63,845 nucleotides of DNA, filler included, from Craspedostauros australis (GCA_030167865.1; 7 parts of 7 records of this genome joined end to end with filler, not necessarily neighbours in it); one strand, 5' to 3'; positions 48,677 through 62,559 are shown, counted from the first letter of the whole stretch. Notes: generated by a model not told the origin, from the sequence alone. Numbers and translations: made by a program.

Positions 48677-50393
48677 TGCCTCAAAGAGCCGGACCCCAAA
48701 AATTGGTTACAATTGGTTACATTTGGTTACAATTGGTTACAGATTTTGGATCCATTTTTCCCGATCTCAGACTTGAATCTGTAGACACTCAATCGAATAT
48801 CTCTTTGCATCTACGTAAACTTAAGAGCCAGGGCTATCCAGGTAAGTAATAACATTATCTTATTGTTACTACTATCTTGTCGATCTTGATGTGTTTATTG
48901 ACCCCCTTGGTGTGGTTTTTCCTTCGGACGACGGACAGACCGGCAATTTTTTTGGATCTCATTGGTTACAGTTGGTTACACGTTGAATTCTACAGGAGTC
49001 CGGTAGGACCTTGCCTCTTTTCTTCGAGAAATTCGACTCTCCATCTTTGAAGTCTCCGGACTTAGCGGTCTTTGGCTCAATCTGTACAATAGATATCATT
49101 TCAGAATCCTCTCTCTGAGGTGGTCACGACCATATGGTCTATATCCCTAATGATTTTGGCCTGGTACTGGCCTACGTACCTTGCGTCCGGACGCAAATTG
49201 GAGGTGCAGTTTGCGTCCCCACGCAAATTGGGCCAATTTGCGTCCGGACGCAANNNNNNNNNNNNNNNNNNNNNNNNNNNNNNNNNNNNNNNNNNNNNNN
49301 NNNNNNNNNNNNNNNNNNNNNNNNNNNNNNNNNNNNNNNNNNNNNNNNNNNNNNNNNNNNNNNNNNNNNNNNNNNNNNNNNNNNNNNNNNNNNNNNNNAA
49401 TAATCATGATTCGTGCTCCACCCTCCTTGTTGTGTTACACCCTTGCCAGGATTTTGGTGTTGTTGTCAGGAGCGTGGTGGATAACATCGAAATCAAAAAG
49501 TAAAAAATCATTACCTCAGATCCCATGACGTCAGAAAAGCAAGACAGGCGCACGAAAAGGAACCCCTGAGACATGACCAATGACGCCGTGCTGCATCGCG
49601 AGGTTTTTTTTTTGAAATCGCCAAATAAATGCGTTACTCGAAGGAGTCAGAAAAAAAACAGCCCATTTTCGGGTTTCGGAGCGAAATCCGTTTTTTTTTT
49701 CTGCAACACGGGACATCGTGGAGAAACATGGGACTTAAGTAGTACAAGTGGTATTTTCGGCGACCTTACATTTGCGTCCGGACGCAAATTGGCCCAATTT
49801 GCGTCGGGACGCAAACTGAGCGTTCAATTTGCGTCCGGACGCATGCTACGTAGAGAAAGTGTCCGGACGCAAGCAAAACGTCATTAGGGATATTGTGTTT
49901 GAGTGCGATGGTATGGAGATATGCTTGCGTTTAGTGCTCCCATGGAGGTCGGAATGATATTTGACCACTCCGATCCACACTTTCGGCAGCAAGTTTGGAG
50001 ATTTCTGGTTCCAATGCTTGCGTCATCATGACGTCATAGACGGTTGGAACACTTCTTTGGAACAACTCGACCAAGAAAATATGCCAACCAGAAGCCAAAA
50101 ACGTCCGTGAATGATGGGGGTGCTTGATGGATCACATCAGTGCTCACCGAGAAAGAGAGCAACAGACACCAAACTTCAGGATTGTATATATAAACGCTAT
50201 ATTATGCTACAATAGGAAGATGAGTACAGGAACACTCACATGAGCTAAGTCCGGAGAGTTTAACTTTTGTTGATGCTGTTTTTTGCCTGTTTTTGTTCGG
50301 GACTTACGTAGAAATCGTACCACGATGTACACGACATTTTTCTTGTAACCAACTGTAACCAAAAAAATTGGTTACAGCCGGCTCTTCGAGGCA
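48677..50393. mobile_element. Non-autonomous TIR element (TGCCTCAAAGAGCCGG ... CCGGCTCTTCGAGGCA)
   Basis: 16-bp TIR with one mismatch, flanked by CGTG on both sides. Subterminal TTGGTTACA repeats. A paralogous empty site lies at ~13030-13055. No transposase ORF. Confidence 0.88.
49145..49889. mobile_element. Nested piggyBac-like MITE with ATAT target duplication
   Basis: ATAT|CCCTAATGA ... TCATTAGGG|ATAT. Repeated 16-bp palindrome TTGCGTCCGGACGCAA near both ends. Contains an N gap. Confidence 0.82.
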
Positions 50394-53300
50394 CGTGGTC
50401 TTGAGTCTGCCTCCAACAACTCGACTTCAGTCACAATCAACACCACATCAATTCGAAGCAAACAACGCGGAAGTCTTCGGAGACAGAGAGAGAGAGGGAG
50501 CTGCCATCATCATCACCACCATGTACACCATGACCCACGATTGCTTGCGTCATCGTGGCATCTGCAAGACCGCTGACCCTCGTCCGCCTGCCATCGCAAG
50601 CACCAACTTGAGGTGTGAACCAATGCCTCGAACAACGATGAAGGCACCGATGAAGCCACCAATGTGACTGCCTTTGTTGATTGCCTTCGTTGGTTGCCTT
50701 TGTTGGTTGCGACACATCGCATTTGGATTTGGCTGGTTGCCATCCCACCTCATTCCAACCATCACCATCCGCGCAGGCAACAAGAGTCTTCAACATCAAA
50801 CCAACACCACATTGCGTATTGGGATGAGTTGGCATGTTCGGCAAGCATCAGGCGGAGCGATACTGTGCCGCCTCCACTGTTCCTGCCGCACGGACCACCA
50901 ACACACAACACCATGCGCATTCTATCAATAGGCATGAGTGCCGCCGTCTTGGCTCGCGACTTGCAGAGCATCGATGCTCAACCGAGGTGATCGACAAGAA
51001 CATCCGTCTCATCAACGAAGTTGGGAGCACCACGAAGGAGGACATGTGGAGATACGGTGCGCGCATGGGCCATGGATCGCTGACCGTGTGCTTCTTGCGC
51101 CATATGGAACTCTGTGTCAACCATGATCCGCAATACTGCACTCGCACTCTGCATGGGGTTGCTTGTTGGTTCGTTGGTTGGTTTCTTCTCTTGCTCGCCA
51201 AGCTCTCTGGATGCTTGGACTGCGCTGGCTCGTCGGTTCTTGTCTTTCCACCACACTGGCACTGGTCGCTTTGAAGATTGGAATGGATGGTGACCCTGGC
51301 AATTGTTGCCCCAACGGTGAGTGATGGCTCCTCCTGGGACTTGGTGAGGGTCTCGACTGCAGTTTGGGCACAATGGTGGGAGTGCAACTCATGGAGAGAT
51401 GAGAACGATAGGGCGATATGGGACGGTCGATGGAACCGTGCAGCAACCATGCTCCTTGCGGCTTCTCACCATTTCTCTCTGCCTTGTTCGCCATGTGCTC
51501 TTCGCAGATCGCCTCTTCCACAAACTTGGATCGGCTGGCATCGGCACTGTAGCTTTCAATCTGCTTGGCAGTGTGACTTGGAGTAGAGTGCTCTGTGTGT
51601 GAATCCGGCGGCATGGCGACGACCGCACCGCGACGACTGCAAGGCTGGTGAAAATGGTGCCGCCATGCGTCCATTGTCTGTGCAACGAACCAACAACGAT
51701 GCTCATGGCAGAGTGCGGATGGAACCACAGATGTCCAATCTGCTCGTGAATGACATCGACAACATCCCTGTGTGCGTTTGTACCGCAGAGAGCGGACCAG
51801 ACAAGTCGTACACAAGGTGGAGGCAGTGTGGGAGCAGTATCCAGCCCTTCCATCTCTTGAAACATCCAGTGACTTCATCACAGTGTTCTATTGCACAAGC
51901 AGATATAGTGTATGCGGTACTGTTCCAAACATACGTAGAGCATTACAGTCTATTCGTAGGTGTATTACATACAGGGATGTGGATCTACCATACCTCTATG
52001 AGTATGATACAAATACGGAGCGGCCCATCCATCTCATTCCATCCCATCATGTCGTGATGCATCACGGGGTGGGAGTTTTGGTGCCATTCATCGAGCGATC
52101 GCGGTACTGAGACGCGCTCTTGCTCCTGACCGCTTTCTTTGGTGTGAGTTGCAGTGGCTTTGTGTCAGACAGCTTCTCATGGTAGACAGCATCGCGAGTC
52201 GACGATCTGTTTCGTCCACGATGATTCGATTGAAGGGCCCCGCGTGATGACGAACGTTTGTCGCCATGTTGTTGTTGGCATGTCGCTCCTTGCCATGCCG
52301 TCCATCTTCATCTCGCTCATTGCTGTGCTGTTCGACGCTGTAATTTCGATATCCTCTTGATCTGCTTCGTGGTCGCGCCGATGGTGATCGTTCATGGGAG
52401 AACTTCCTTCGTTGATCTTCGCCACGTGGTGTCGATTGGCTACGGTCACGTTGATTTGGTGTTCGCGAACTTCCTCGGACATGATTTCGTGAAGGTGAGC
52501 CCTTGCGTTGGTGCAAACCAGTACCGGTGGAGTGCGCATTTGAGTTGGATTGGCGTGAACGTGAGGCTGCGTTCATATCATCCGAACTGCCAGATGCTCG
52601 TTGTCGCCGTGATGATGGCGATGAGTCCATCGATACTTGCGCAGTCTTCTGTGATCGCGATCGGACAGGCTTCGACGACTCTGCGCCGATGACGAGCAGC
52701 GGCTTCTTCCAGAGGAGCAAGTGTGAATTGCTCCGTCACGACGATGGCACAATGATGTCGAACGCTCCACACTCTGTAATTTTGACGATGTCGAGTGCAG
52801 CTTGCCACTGGTGTGCTGTGTGCTTCTCCGCCGATGCCGTGGCGATGGTGATATGGATGGTAATATCAATGGCGATGGTGATGACACGTCTCTTGTTTTG
52901 CTGGAGTGGTGACGTCGGGGCCCATTGCCAAGCACTTGGAGAACGTTTCCTTGATCTCATCGCGCAGAGCACCCGTGCTTCGTTCGCGTGAACGTCGTTG
53001 CTTTGAGTCTTCACTTGGGCGCAACGAACTGCATGCAGATCTGTTGCGAGAAGGAGCCACCCGGTCCTTCTTGCTCGATTGCAATTCGATTCCCAAACTC
53101 AAGGCTCCAGGACTGGATGAGGCTTGGGGTTTTGGCCGAGACACCTCCATGCTTGTGTTGGAACTGTTGAAGATTGAGTTTGGATTTGGACTGTGATGAT
53201 GATGATGACGGTGGCGACGGCGATGATGATGGCGATGATGACGCCTTTGCAGATGCTTCAGTCAAGGCAAGATCGGCCAATTGCGATGGTCGACATTCGA

Positions 53301-53685
53301 GAGATGGTCGTTGCTTCGATTTGGCAGGATTGGTCGACGACACTTCACGTCATGATGATCGTTTGGCCTTGAGGATGCTTGCCAACGTCGACCTGCGCTT
53401 CTTCAACGACAAAGACTGTTGTCTCTCTTCATGTGTGCGGCTGAAGGGAAAGGGGGCTGGTGTAGATGCCGCGCTCCGACCTCCAGGTGTGACAGGGGCC
53501 ACAGAGCTTCTCCCACCGTTCATTGCAGCAGCACTTGTCGCAGCGCCGACGTTGTCATCATCGTCGTCATGGAGACTTGGCAGAATGGACAGTTACTCCA
53601 AGCTCTTGCTGCGTGACGTCTCCGTTGTCGCAACTCGAGGTAGAGCCGGGGTGCTGGCTGCGCTCATCGCGCCTGGTATGTCTGA
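50394..53685 (-). repeat. ANK-BTB repeat unit, partial copy U5 (blocks B and C), tandem with U4
   Basis: Matches ~39960-43260. Contiguous with the U4 leader once the TIR element is removed. Confidence 0.88.
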
Positions 53686-55272
53686 NNNNNNNNNNNNNNN
53701 NNNNNNNNNNNNNNNNNNNNNNNNNNNNNTTAATTAATTAANNNNNNNNNNNNNNNNNNNNNNNNNNNNNNNNNNNNNNNNNNNNTCATGGAGCTCACAA
53801 TTTCATCGCACTCACAAAAATCATCATAGTTGCACGATCACTGCACCCATACTACCATGGTGCCATCTCTAAAACACACACCCAAGCCACCACTGCACCC
53901 TCAATCTTCCAGCCCCCACAAGGAAGCAACAGCAACACCCGAATTGCATCCTGCTTCCAATCCTCCAAAATTCCAAGCAGAGAGCATGCTTGCATATGAC
54001 ATCGGTCACCCATACGTTGTATTCGTCCACGAGTCTCTCATGTCTCCAATGAACAATGACAGCAAAGATCGAACAGCACATCTGCCACCAATGCCCACTT
54101 ACTGTGATTCCTTAGAGAGTGGTCCACCAGTTGAGATTCAATGAGGGACAGACTAGTACCGGATACGGTATCAACCAGATGGGAGAAATTCTTGTTTTGC
54201 CGCGAAATCTTCCGACTTGATCGACCACCAAACCTTTTTCTCCTCCTTTCTCTCCTCCATTCACGAATCCATCATGACTCAAACATGACCGACCTGACTC
54301 ACAATTCACCTTGGGAACTATATGCTCCTCAGATCCTTTTCCTACAACATGCCTCGATTCCCTCCATGCCGATGACTACTGCACCACTGCCGTAGTCTTA
54401 ACGCGTGTATCCAACCTGCTTCAACTCAAGCAATGGAATCCGAGAGCCAGTTCCAACCACAGCCACTGCTTCATGGCCGTCACTGCCATGTGCCATGATC
54501 TACACTGCAGTGTATCTACGTGTGTGGAGAGCAAGGCGCTGTAATGACTGTATACCCTGCAGCACTGAACCAAGTACATCAGTGCAGGGTCTCGCCAAGT
54601 TGTGTGACATCGTTTCTTCACCCTATTAACACCACAAGCTAACTCATAATACACAGACAAGGATTAGCTACAAAGCACTCTACTTCTCATCGTTACAGTA
54701 ACAATTTTTCAATCAGTACACCTCTCTTGAACTGCATCACACGGCTATCCCAAAGCTGGCAGATTCAAGAGACATCCTCCACCGATTCGCGCCGACTACG
54801 CCCGAATCCTAACTGGTAGCTGCGAGTGGTTGCCAAATACTCTCNNNNNNNNNNNNNNNNNNNNNNNNNNNNNNNNNNNNNNNNNNNNNNNNNNNNNNNN
54901 NNNNNNNNNNNNNNNNNNNNNNNNNNNNNNNNNNNNNNNNNNNNNNNNNNNNNNNNNNNNNNNNNNNNNNNNNNNNNNNNNNNNNNNNNNNNNNNNNNNN
55001 NNNNNNNNNNNCACTCAAGAGGACAAAAGTCCCAGCTGAAGGTAAGCGACCCAAGGTCGAACTTCAGTAGCCTCTGCTAAAGCAAGCTATAACCGCACTC
55101 GCTGACAGAGTACGAGCCTCTCAAAGCCTGCATCGAACTTCAGTGCACACCTTCTCAACGAAGTGAAGTCGAGCAAGAGCAAGAGAAGGCANNNNNNNNN
55201 NNNNNNNNNNNNNNNNNNNNNNNNNNNNNNNNNNNNNNNNNCGATTCGCGCCGACTACGCCCGAATCCTAAC

Positions 55273-55290
55273 TGGTAGCTGCGAGTGGTT
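55273..55290 (+). other. Candidate primer-binding site TGGTAGCTGCGAGTGGTT (duplicate at 54814-54831)
   Basis: The complement reads AA-CCACT-CGCAGCT-A-CCA, which fits a tRNA 3' end with U72-A73 and a T-loop ending AA, as in initiator tRNA-Met. It lies upstream of a gag-like ORF. No canonical CA LTR end is seen before it. Confidence 0.55.
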
Positions 55291-55706
55291 GCCAAATACT
55301 CTCAAGTCAAATCAACTCCACCAAGCATCTTCCTCTGCCAACCGATCGCAAGAGTCTCTCTGAGACCAAGCCAAAAGGCACAGCTTGCAGACCGAGCTTC
55401 CAACAAAGGACGAAGTCCTCATCGCATGCATCTGATTTGAAATCAGACTACCAACGCTCGAAAACCGAGCCACTCAAGAGGACAAAAGTCCCAGCTGAAG
55501 GTAAGCGACCCAAGGTCGAACTTCAGTAGCCTCTGCTAAAGCAAGCTATAACCGCACTCGCTGACAGAGTACGAGCCTCTCAAAGCCTGCATCGAACTTC
55601 AGTGCACACCTTCTCAACGAAGTGAAGTCGAGCAAGAGCAAGAGAAGGCAAACAGATCGATCCCCTCGACGTCCGAAGACCACTCGAGAAGTCCCCGCTA
55701 TCCATC

Positions 55707-56135
55707 ATGGCGGAAGAGACAACCCCTGCCACGCTGGAAGAGCTGCAAGCACAGCTCGAAGCGATCACGGTCGAAAACGCCCGCCTCACACAGGCGACGT
55801 TGGCGGCCGAAGCCGCTGCAGAAGCAGCGAACGCGGCTGTAGCTACTGCCCAAGCAGCAGCAACAACCACCGCGACACCAAGCCGCTCCGGTCTCGGGCG
55901 CAGCCGATCAGTCGGCGCCACACGAACCCGGACGGACCAGTCCTTCCTCGATGACAGCCTCTTTGACATAGAAACACCCATGCCCAAGAAGAGCAGAAAG
56001 TCAGGCGAGGACAGCGACGACGACGACGACGACCTCTCTGGGAAACCAACTGTTCCCATCATGGGAGGTCTCCTCAAGCAAGGACGCAACTGGGTACCCT
56101 GGACCGCAGGCGCACCAAACGCGCAGTGGACCGGC
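55707..56135 (+). mobile_element. Probable LTR-retrotransposon gag N-terminus (possibly diatom Copia), truncated by the linker
   Basis: ORF ~420 nt after the PBS candidate, with a coiled-coil start then PIMGG..WTAGAP..W. The resemblance to diatom Copia gag is from memory and unverified. Confidence 0.5.
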
Positions 56136-59100
56136 NNNNNNNNNNNNNNNNNNNNNNNNNNNNNNNNNNNNNNNNNNNNTTAATTAATTAANNNNNNNNN
56201 NNNNNNNNNNNNNNNNNNNNNNNNNNNNNNNNNNNGTCATCGTTTGACCTGTTCGAACACATTTACCTAGCGAGTAACCGTTATTCCACGTTAACCTTCA
56301 ACTTCAAATTTGACCCCGTCACATGTTGCAAATCTCCTCACATTTCGGCACAGAAGCAACCTTTGGTTCTCTTCGGTGGTGTGCTGTGCTTGTTGCATGT
56401 TCACGCAGTGTTTGTATCATCACCTTCTTGCCCTCCAACTGCTCAGTTCACTCCCATCACTAGTGGTCGTCTCCATCAACCCTTCAGTATCAATCAGCAT
56501 CATGCTCGTCTCTACCTCGAAAGCTGCGTCCAAGGACGCCAATCCTCCCCCCTCCAAGAAGCAACGTTTGCCATCCTCTCGATCCATGCGCTCCTTTCCA
56601 TCCGATCCAATTGATTTCAAAGAACTGTTCGCACCATCTATTGTTGAGAAGTTGTTGCCTCCATTGGATATGGATGGTAAGCAGCACAATCGTAATTCTG
56701 CAACAGACAAGCTCCTCCCTCCTGTGCTCGAAGGCGTGACGTTCGACAACGAGTTCGACGTTGAAATCCTAACCAACAATGAACGGAATCGCACACTCCA
56801 GAAATAACACAACCAACACAATGAACATAACAATTACCAAACTACCGACGAACGTAAACAACACTGATGCAGGAATCGTGCCTCCACAACAGACAACAGC
56901 AGAAGAGGAGGAAATCGCGCTGCAACGAGAAGAAACGAAGCATCCGAGCAAATTGTGCAACACACAAATGATGAAGGAAAATACGGAATCTCCGGAGTTG
57001 GTGGAACAAAATGTGAGGACACATTGCTGCAACGAGTCAGAGCCGCAATGGGGGGGGGGGAGCTCAACAAATAGATTCGCGTTGGGGTTGACATCAACGA
57101 TCTTGTTATTCGCGATATCGACCACGGTACGAACACACCACGTCTGGCCGTAGTACGCTAGATTTGTATAGATGAACGTAAAATTGAAGAGTCCAAAAAA
57201 CTGAAAATAAGGACTTAGAGCAAAATTAATGTCGGCTAAGCATCTTATAATTGTATCTAGTTTATTATGATGTAAGTGGTTTGGTGAAATATCTGTATAT
57301 TGCCACTACTCTAGGTCGGACTGCAGGTCCCATCACTCAACCGGGTCTTGTTCATTTTCATCTTGGGTCTTGAGGCTCTTGTTGTTGCGTTTGTCTCGGA
57401 ATGATCTGTCACCAAGCCGTGTGTGGCAGAGAAGAATGGTTGTGTTGGAAAGTCAGTGCGGGACTTTATGACCCCGGTCAGTGAAAATAGTACACCTTTC
57501 TCGGGAAGTCCTCTCAGATTTCCCTATAAATTTAATATGATGTTCCTCTCTATGAGNAAGTGACGGATTGACTTTCCTAGAATTGNTANACTTTATATTT
57601 TATAAGTTATGAGGGCTTGAGTTGAGAAATTCCCCNCAGTAGCCCGTGCTTTAGGTTTTTAGCTTTCGATCGGACATGGATGCGACTCGTCATTGTCTTC
57701 AAGTTGGACGTCGGCGAGCGGCGAAAATGTTCTGTTTTCCTCTCTCAGACGGACTCACAGCAAGGCACTGGAAGCTGAACTCAGACGTGTCTACAGTCGT
57801 GCAAACGGATCAACATTTCGACTGTTTTTGGCCCCAATTGATTGCACGCAGTTTCTTGCGGTGGACTTGGAACAACAGGTGAGGAGAAAAACTGCATCAG
57901 AATGCGATGGTACGTGCGTGCACTGCGCCGTACCATACGACATTAGGATGGGATGAAGGTGCAGAGCTATCAGNNNNNNNNNNNNNNNNNNNNNNGATGC
58001 TACTTTTGCCTTTGCTGATGCTGGTAGTACTTCGTGAGCGCGGGAACTGTGATCACTGCCGGGTTCGTCGCACCATGATCTCGCGCGTTCCACGTGTGGT
58101 CTCTCATGTCATACAAGGGGCACGAGACTCTGTGACAAGATAGGTGCAGGAGGATNNNNNNNNNNNNNNNNNNNNNNNNNNNNNNNNNNNNNNNNNNNNN
58201 NNNNNTCAAAGTCGACCGGTGGCAACTACGGCACATTCCTGATGTACGCTGCTGTGCTCTTCTCGAGTTGCTGAGTTGCCGAGTCGCCGAGTCGCCGCGC
58301 GTTGCGCCTCTCAGACAGGATTTCGGTGTCTCGTTGTTGTTGTTGTGGAAGTTTGTGAGTTCATTTTGCTCTTTTCTTGATCACGTTTCATTCCTTTTCC
58401 TGGTTCTTTTTCATGTCGCACCCAAAGAATCGCTNNNNNNNNNNNNNNNNNNNNNNNNNNNNNNNNNNNNNNNNNNNNNNNNNNNNNNNNNNNNNNNNNT
58501 GGAACAAAACCAAATCAGATACTGCGCTCGCGAATTCTGGACTGCTTTGTGCCTGTTGATACACATTCCCCACGGAATCGTTTCTGGAGTGCCACAAAAC
58601 TGCGGAGTGGCTCTGCGAGAACAGAATGATGTACCGCACTGAACACAGGAAGGAGAGTACAGCAGGAGATCATGNNNNNNNNNNNNNNNNNNNNNNNNNN
58701 NNNNNNNNNNNNNNNNNNTTAATTAATTAANNNNNNNNNNNNNNNNNNNNNNNNNNNNNNNNNNNNNNNNNNNNGGTAACGTAAACCTGTGGCTTACGCC
58801 CGGGAGAGCGAAATAGTTGACTGAGGAAGAATCAGACCGGACCAACTTCATGGGTTCGTTACCACCAACACCTGATTTTCCGAAGCAAAAAGAAGAACAA
58901 CGAGAGAAAAAGTGCAAAGCAACCCGCAGGTGGAACATCGAGACCTGGGAGGGCGACCGCTTGCATCAGCGGTATACGAAAAAGGAACGTGACAACGGTT
59001 TCAAGCAGNNNNNNNNNNNNNNNNNNNNNNNNNNNNNNNNNNNNNNNNNNNNNNNNNNNNNNNNNNNNNNNNNNNNNNNNNNNNNNNNNNNNNNNNNNNN

Positions 59101-62100
59101 NNNNNNNNNNNNNNNNNNNNNNNNNNNNNNNNNNNNNNNNNTAATTCCCGATTGTACGGGACTGAACCAAAATAGAGTACAGAAACAACAAATACCCCCC
59201 TACCGTTAACGTGGCAAGCGCATGACCGATCACTCCTGAGCGTTACAGGAGCACGTTACTTTTGGGACTACGGGGAATTTCGACAGGGAACTATATGACC
59301 CACGCCAGCCAATGACCGTACGGTCGCTACAGGATCCTGAAAAAATGGGCTCCTATAGAGACTATAATTTAATCATATATACTTCAACANNNNNNNNNNN
59401 NNNNNNNNNNNNNNNNNNNNNNNNNNNNNNNNNNNNNNNGACCGTACGGTCGCTACAGGATCCTGAAAAAATGGGCTCCTATAGAGACTATAATTTAATC
59501 ATATATACTTCAACACATTGGTATTAAGGGAAAGGTGCTATACAGTGAGTCCGGGCCTTGGTTATAAAGTTATGAGGTCATGAAAATGGCCAAGCTATCT
59601 CTAATAGGGCCTTTGTGAGTGCGTTTTTCGCGTTGTTCCTCGTATTGTGAGTTTTCGTCAATGAGACTGATTCGGTACATTTCTGGTTGGTTCACGGATC
59701 CGAGACCCTCTCGAACTCGATTTTGGGCCAAACATTCGTGAATGAAACGTACTCACGGGCAGACGACACAATTTCACGACACACTCAACGTCGCGAAACA
59801 AAGCAGCCACCGCGCACAACCGCTCCAAGCGCTTCAGCTACTTTTCCAACGCTCATCTTTGTTTCGGTTGGCTCGATATCGTGCATGGGGGAGGAATAAC
59901 CGCTCATGCACGAGTGGTGGTCCAGTCCAAGCCCTACTCAAAGAGCAAGGCGATGATGGAGAGTGGCGTTGACATCATCACCCTCGTGGATCGCCGTGTT
60001 GGACTGTTGGGAATGTCCTCGTTCACGTTGTACGATCCCAGTGGTTCAATCCAACCCTTGTCGAAGAAACTGTCTCCAGTCTCTGAAGTGGATCATTTTT
60101 GAAGCATACAATGAGATGCAGTCTGCTGGGGAAGAAGCAATCGCGGAGCCCATCCGGTCGTCATCAATCCAAAGCGAGAGTGATCATTTCGAATATCGGC
60201 TCGCGCAACTCCCGAAACGTCCTTCTTCATGTATGGCGAAATTGTACGTAATTTATACTACTGAGTGATGTGAACGTTTCAATTTCAAATTTGAAATTTC
60301 GAGATGGATCTCGTTTTTGTCATTGACATTTGTCGAACGTCATCATCAAAACTCCTTGTCCAATCATTTCGTCTCAGTATCATGACGTGTGTATGATGGT
60401 AGACGGACAGACAGAATCTGATGTTTGCAAAGCCGCAAAACTCCACAAATTCGACGAATCGTTTGGCAAGAGGTGTTGAGTGCACCCACTGATTCGCCCC
60501 AATAACACCGTCAGTAACAGAAACAAGAACAACAACCACAATTACATTCACCACAGGAAGTCAACCAGGTCCACAGGTCACCAATATCACCACCAACGAC
60601 GCCAATGTGCCCATCGACGAAAAGCTCAATGCGCGCTGAGTAGAAGGACACTGCGTAGTTTGGTATCAACAGCATTGTCGATGACCATGGGACTCCACCA
60701 TCACATGAATACACCAGCGGAGACATCCACCAAGGTACTCCGCTAATGCCTTCCACAGACTCATCAGCAGGCGCAGCAACCATTGTCAACAATCTATGCC
60801 AACGCATGAGGAATACGAGTATGGTTGAAGGGAAATAACGCATCTAGAGCTGCATCTCATTGCACTCCCACCATGGGCCAAGTTTGCATCCCACATGACA
60901 GCACCAAGCACAGGCAAAGAGGAGCAGTCAGCGACGCACAACGAGCTGCGAACGCCATGCATCAGGACAACAAAATCCTCAACAACATTGACAGCACAAT
61001 GACAATGACGATGACCAGCGAATTCGTGCATTTGGAACCTTACAGATGGCTGAGCATTGAGGCAGTGGAATGAATATCTCAATACTCTTTGAGAGTCATA
61101 AATTTGGCTGATGGCCAATAGCACAGCATCTGGCAGGAGGCAATCAATGAGCAGAAAGCATGGCACACAACACAGAAGTCTGCAGCACATGTCGTAAGCA
61201 GCAGAGAGCAGATAATACTGCATCCAACTGAGGGTATCCAGCAAAGCATGCACCCAACACCAATACAANNNNNNNNNNNNNNNNNNNNNNNNNNNNNNNN
61301 NNNNNNNNNNNNTTAATTAATTAANNNNNNNNNNNNNNNNNNNNNNNNNNNNNNNNNNNNNNNNNNNNATTCGATAGTGAGTCGGATTCTGCACTATTTT
61401 CCGATGCCTACCCACTGTGGCAAAGGACACTAAATTACATAGGCGCATTGATCGACACAACGCGCTGCTCGTTGCACATTCCATGTTTTGTCAGGCTCGA
61501 CTGAACGACAATGCACCATGCTGCAACATACCAGAATCGTCAAAGGTGTATATGAGGGTGTTTGCTTCCTGCTCGTGCCATCCTTGTCATTTCATCGTGC
61601 TTCATCATGGAGAGCCTGCTAGTTGTTGCTCCCTTGCTCTCCTCTCTGCTCTCCCTCCTGTCTCTCCACACATTCGTACTCACGGTTGCGCCAATGTCAG
61701 TGACAAAATTCATGGCCTAGTGCTGGTCTGTATTCTGTCACAATTCATCCTACTTCATGGTCTCCATCCAATTCATCTGAAATCCATGTGTGAATTGTCT
61801 TGACTGCTGTACCTCATTGTGCTGCTGCCTATTGTACCTATCATTTATATGNNNNNNNNNNNNNNNNNNNNNNNNNNNNNNNNNNNNNNNNNNNNNNNNN
61901 NNNNNNNNNNNNNNNNNNNNNNNNNNNNNNNNNNNNNNNNNNNNNNNNNNNNNNNNNNNNNNNNNNNNNNNNNNNNNNNNNNNNNNNNNNNNNNNNNNNN
62001 NNNNNNNNNNNNNNNNNNNGCGGCTCTCCAGTAGTATGTAAGTTGTATGTGTTTGTGTACTCATGAAAGGAAATCCAGGGACAGCCTCATTCACAATGGC

Positions 62101-62559
62101 CAGCTACTGGCTTCAGCGGAGCCAGGTTTGGACTTCAATGGGAACTTGATCATCTGGTATCTGTAGCACTTGGTGCACTTGTCCAATCCATANNNNNNNN
62201 NNNNNNNNNNNNNNNNNNNNNNNNNNNNNNNNNNNNNNNNNNCCAATTCATCTGAAATCCATGTGTGAATTGTCTTGACTGCTGTACCTCATTGTGCTGC
62301 TGCCTATTGTACCTATCATTTATATGGAACTTATGGATGAAGCTGATTAGTGTGTGCCCAGCTTGTGCCATAGGCACTTTTACATTGTCTGCTTTGATTT
62401 CATGTAGGGCATGAGGCAGAACGGCTATCAAGTCAATATGTATGCATGATCAGGGGATCACAACGGCCTCCACCTATCCTGCTCTCCATTCTTNGCGGCT
62501 CTCCAGTAGTATGTAAGTTGTATGTGTTTGTGTACTCATGAAAGGAAATCCAGGGACAG

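Noticed and set aside
53786..54400. Possible LINE remnant (also 60480-61268)
   Set aside because: Only faint motif hints amid many stops; cannot be supported without a translated search.
56236..60300. Short ORFs in small gapped contigs
   Set aside because: No recognisable domains, many Ns and no definable element ends.
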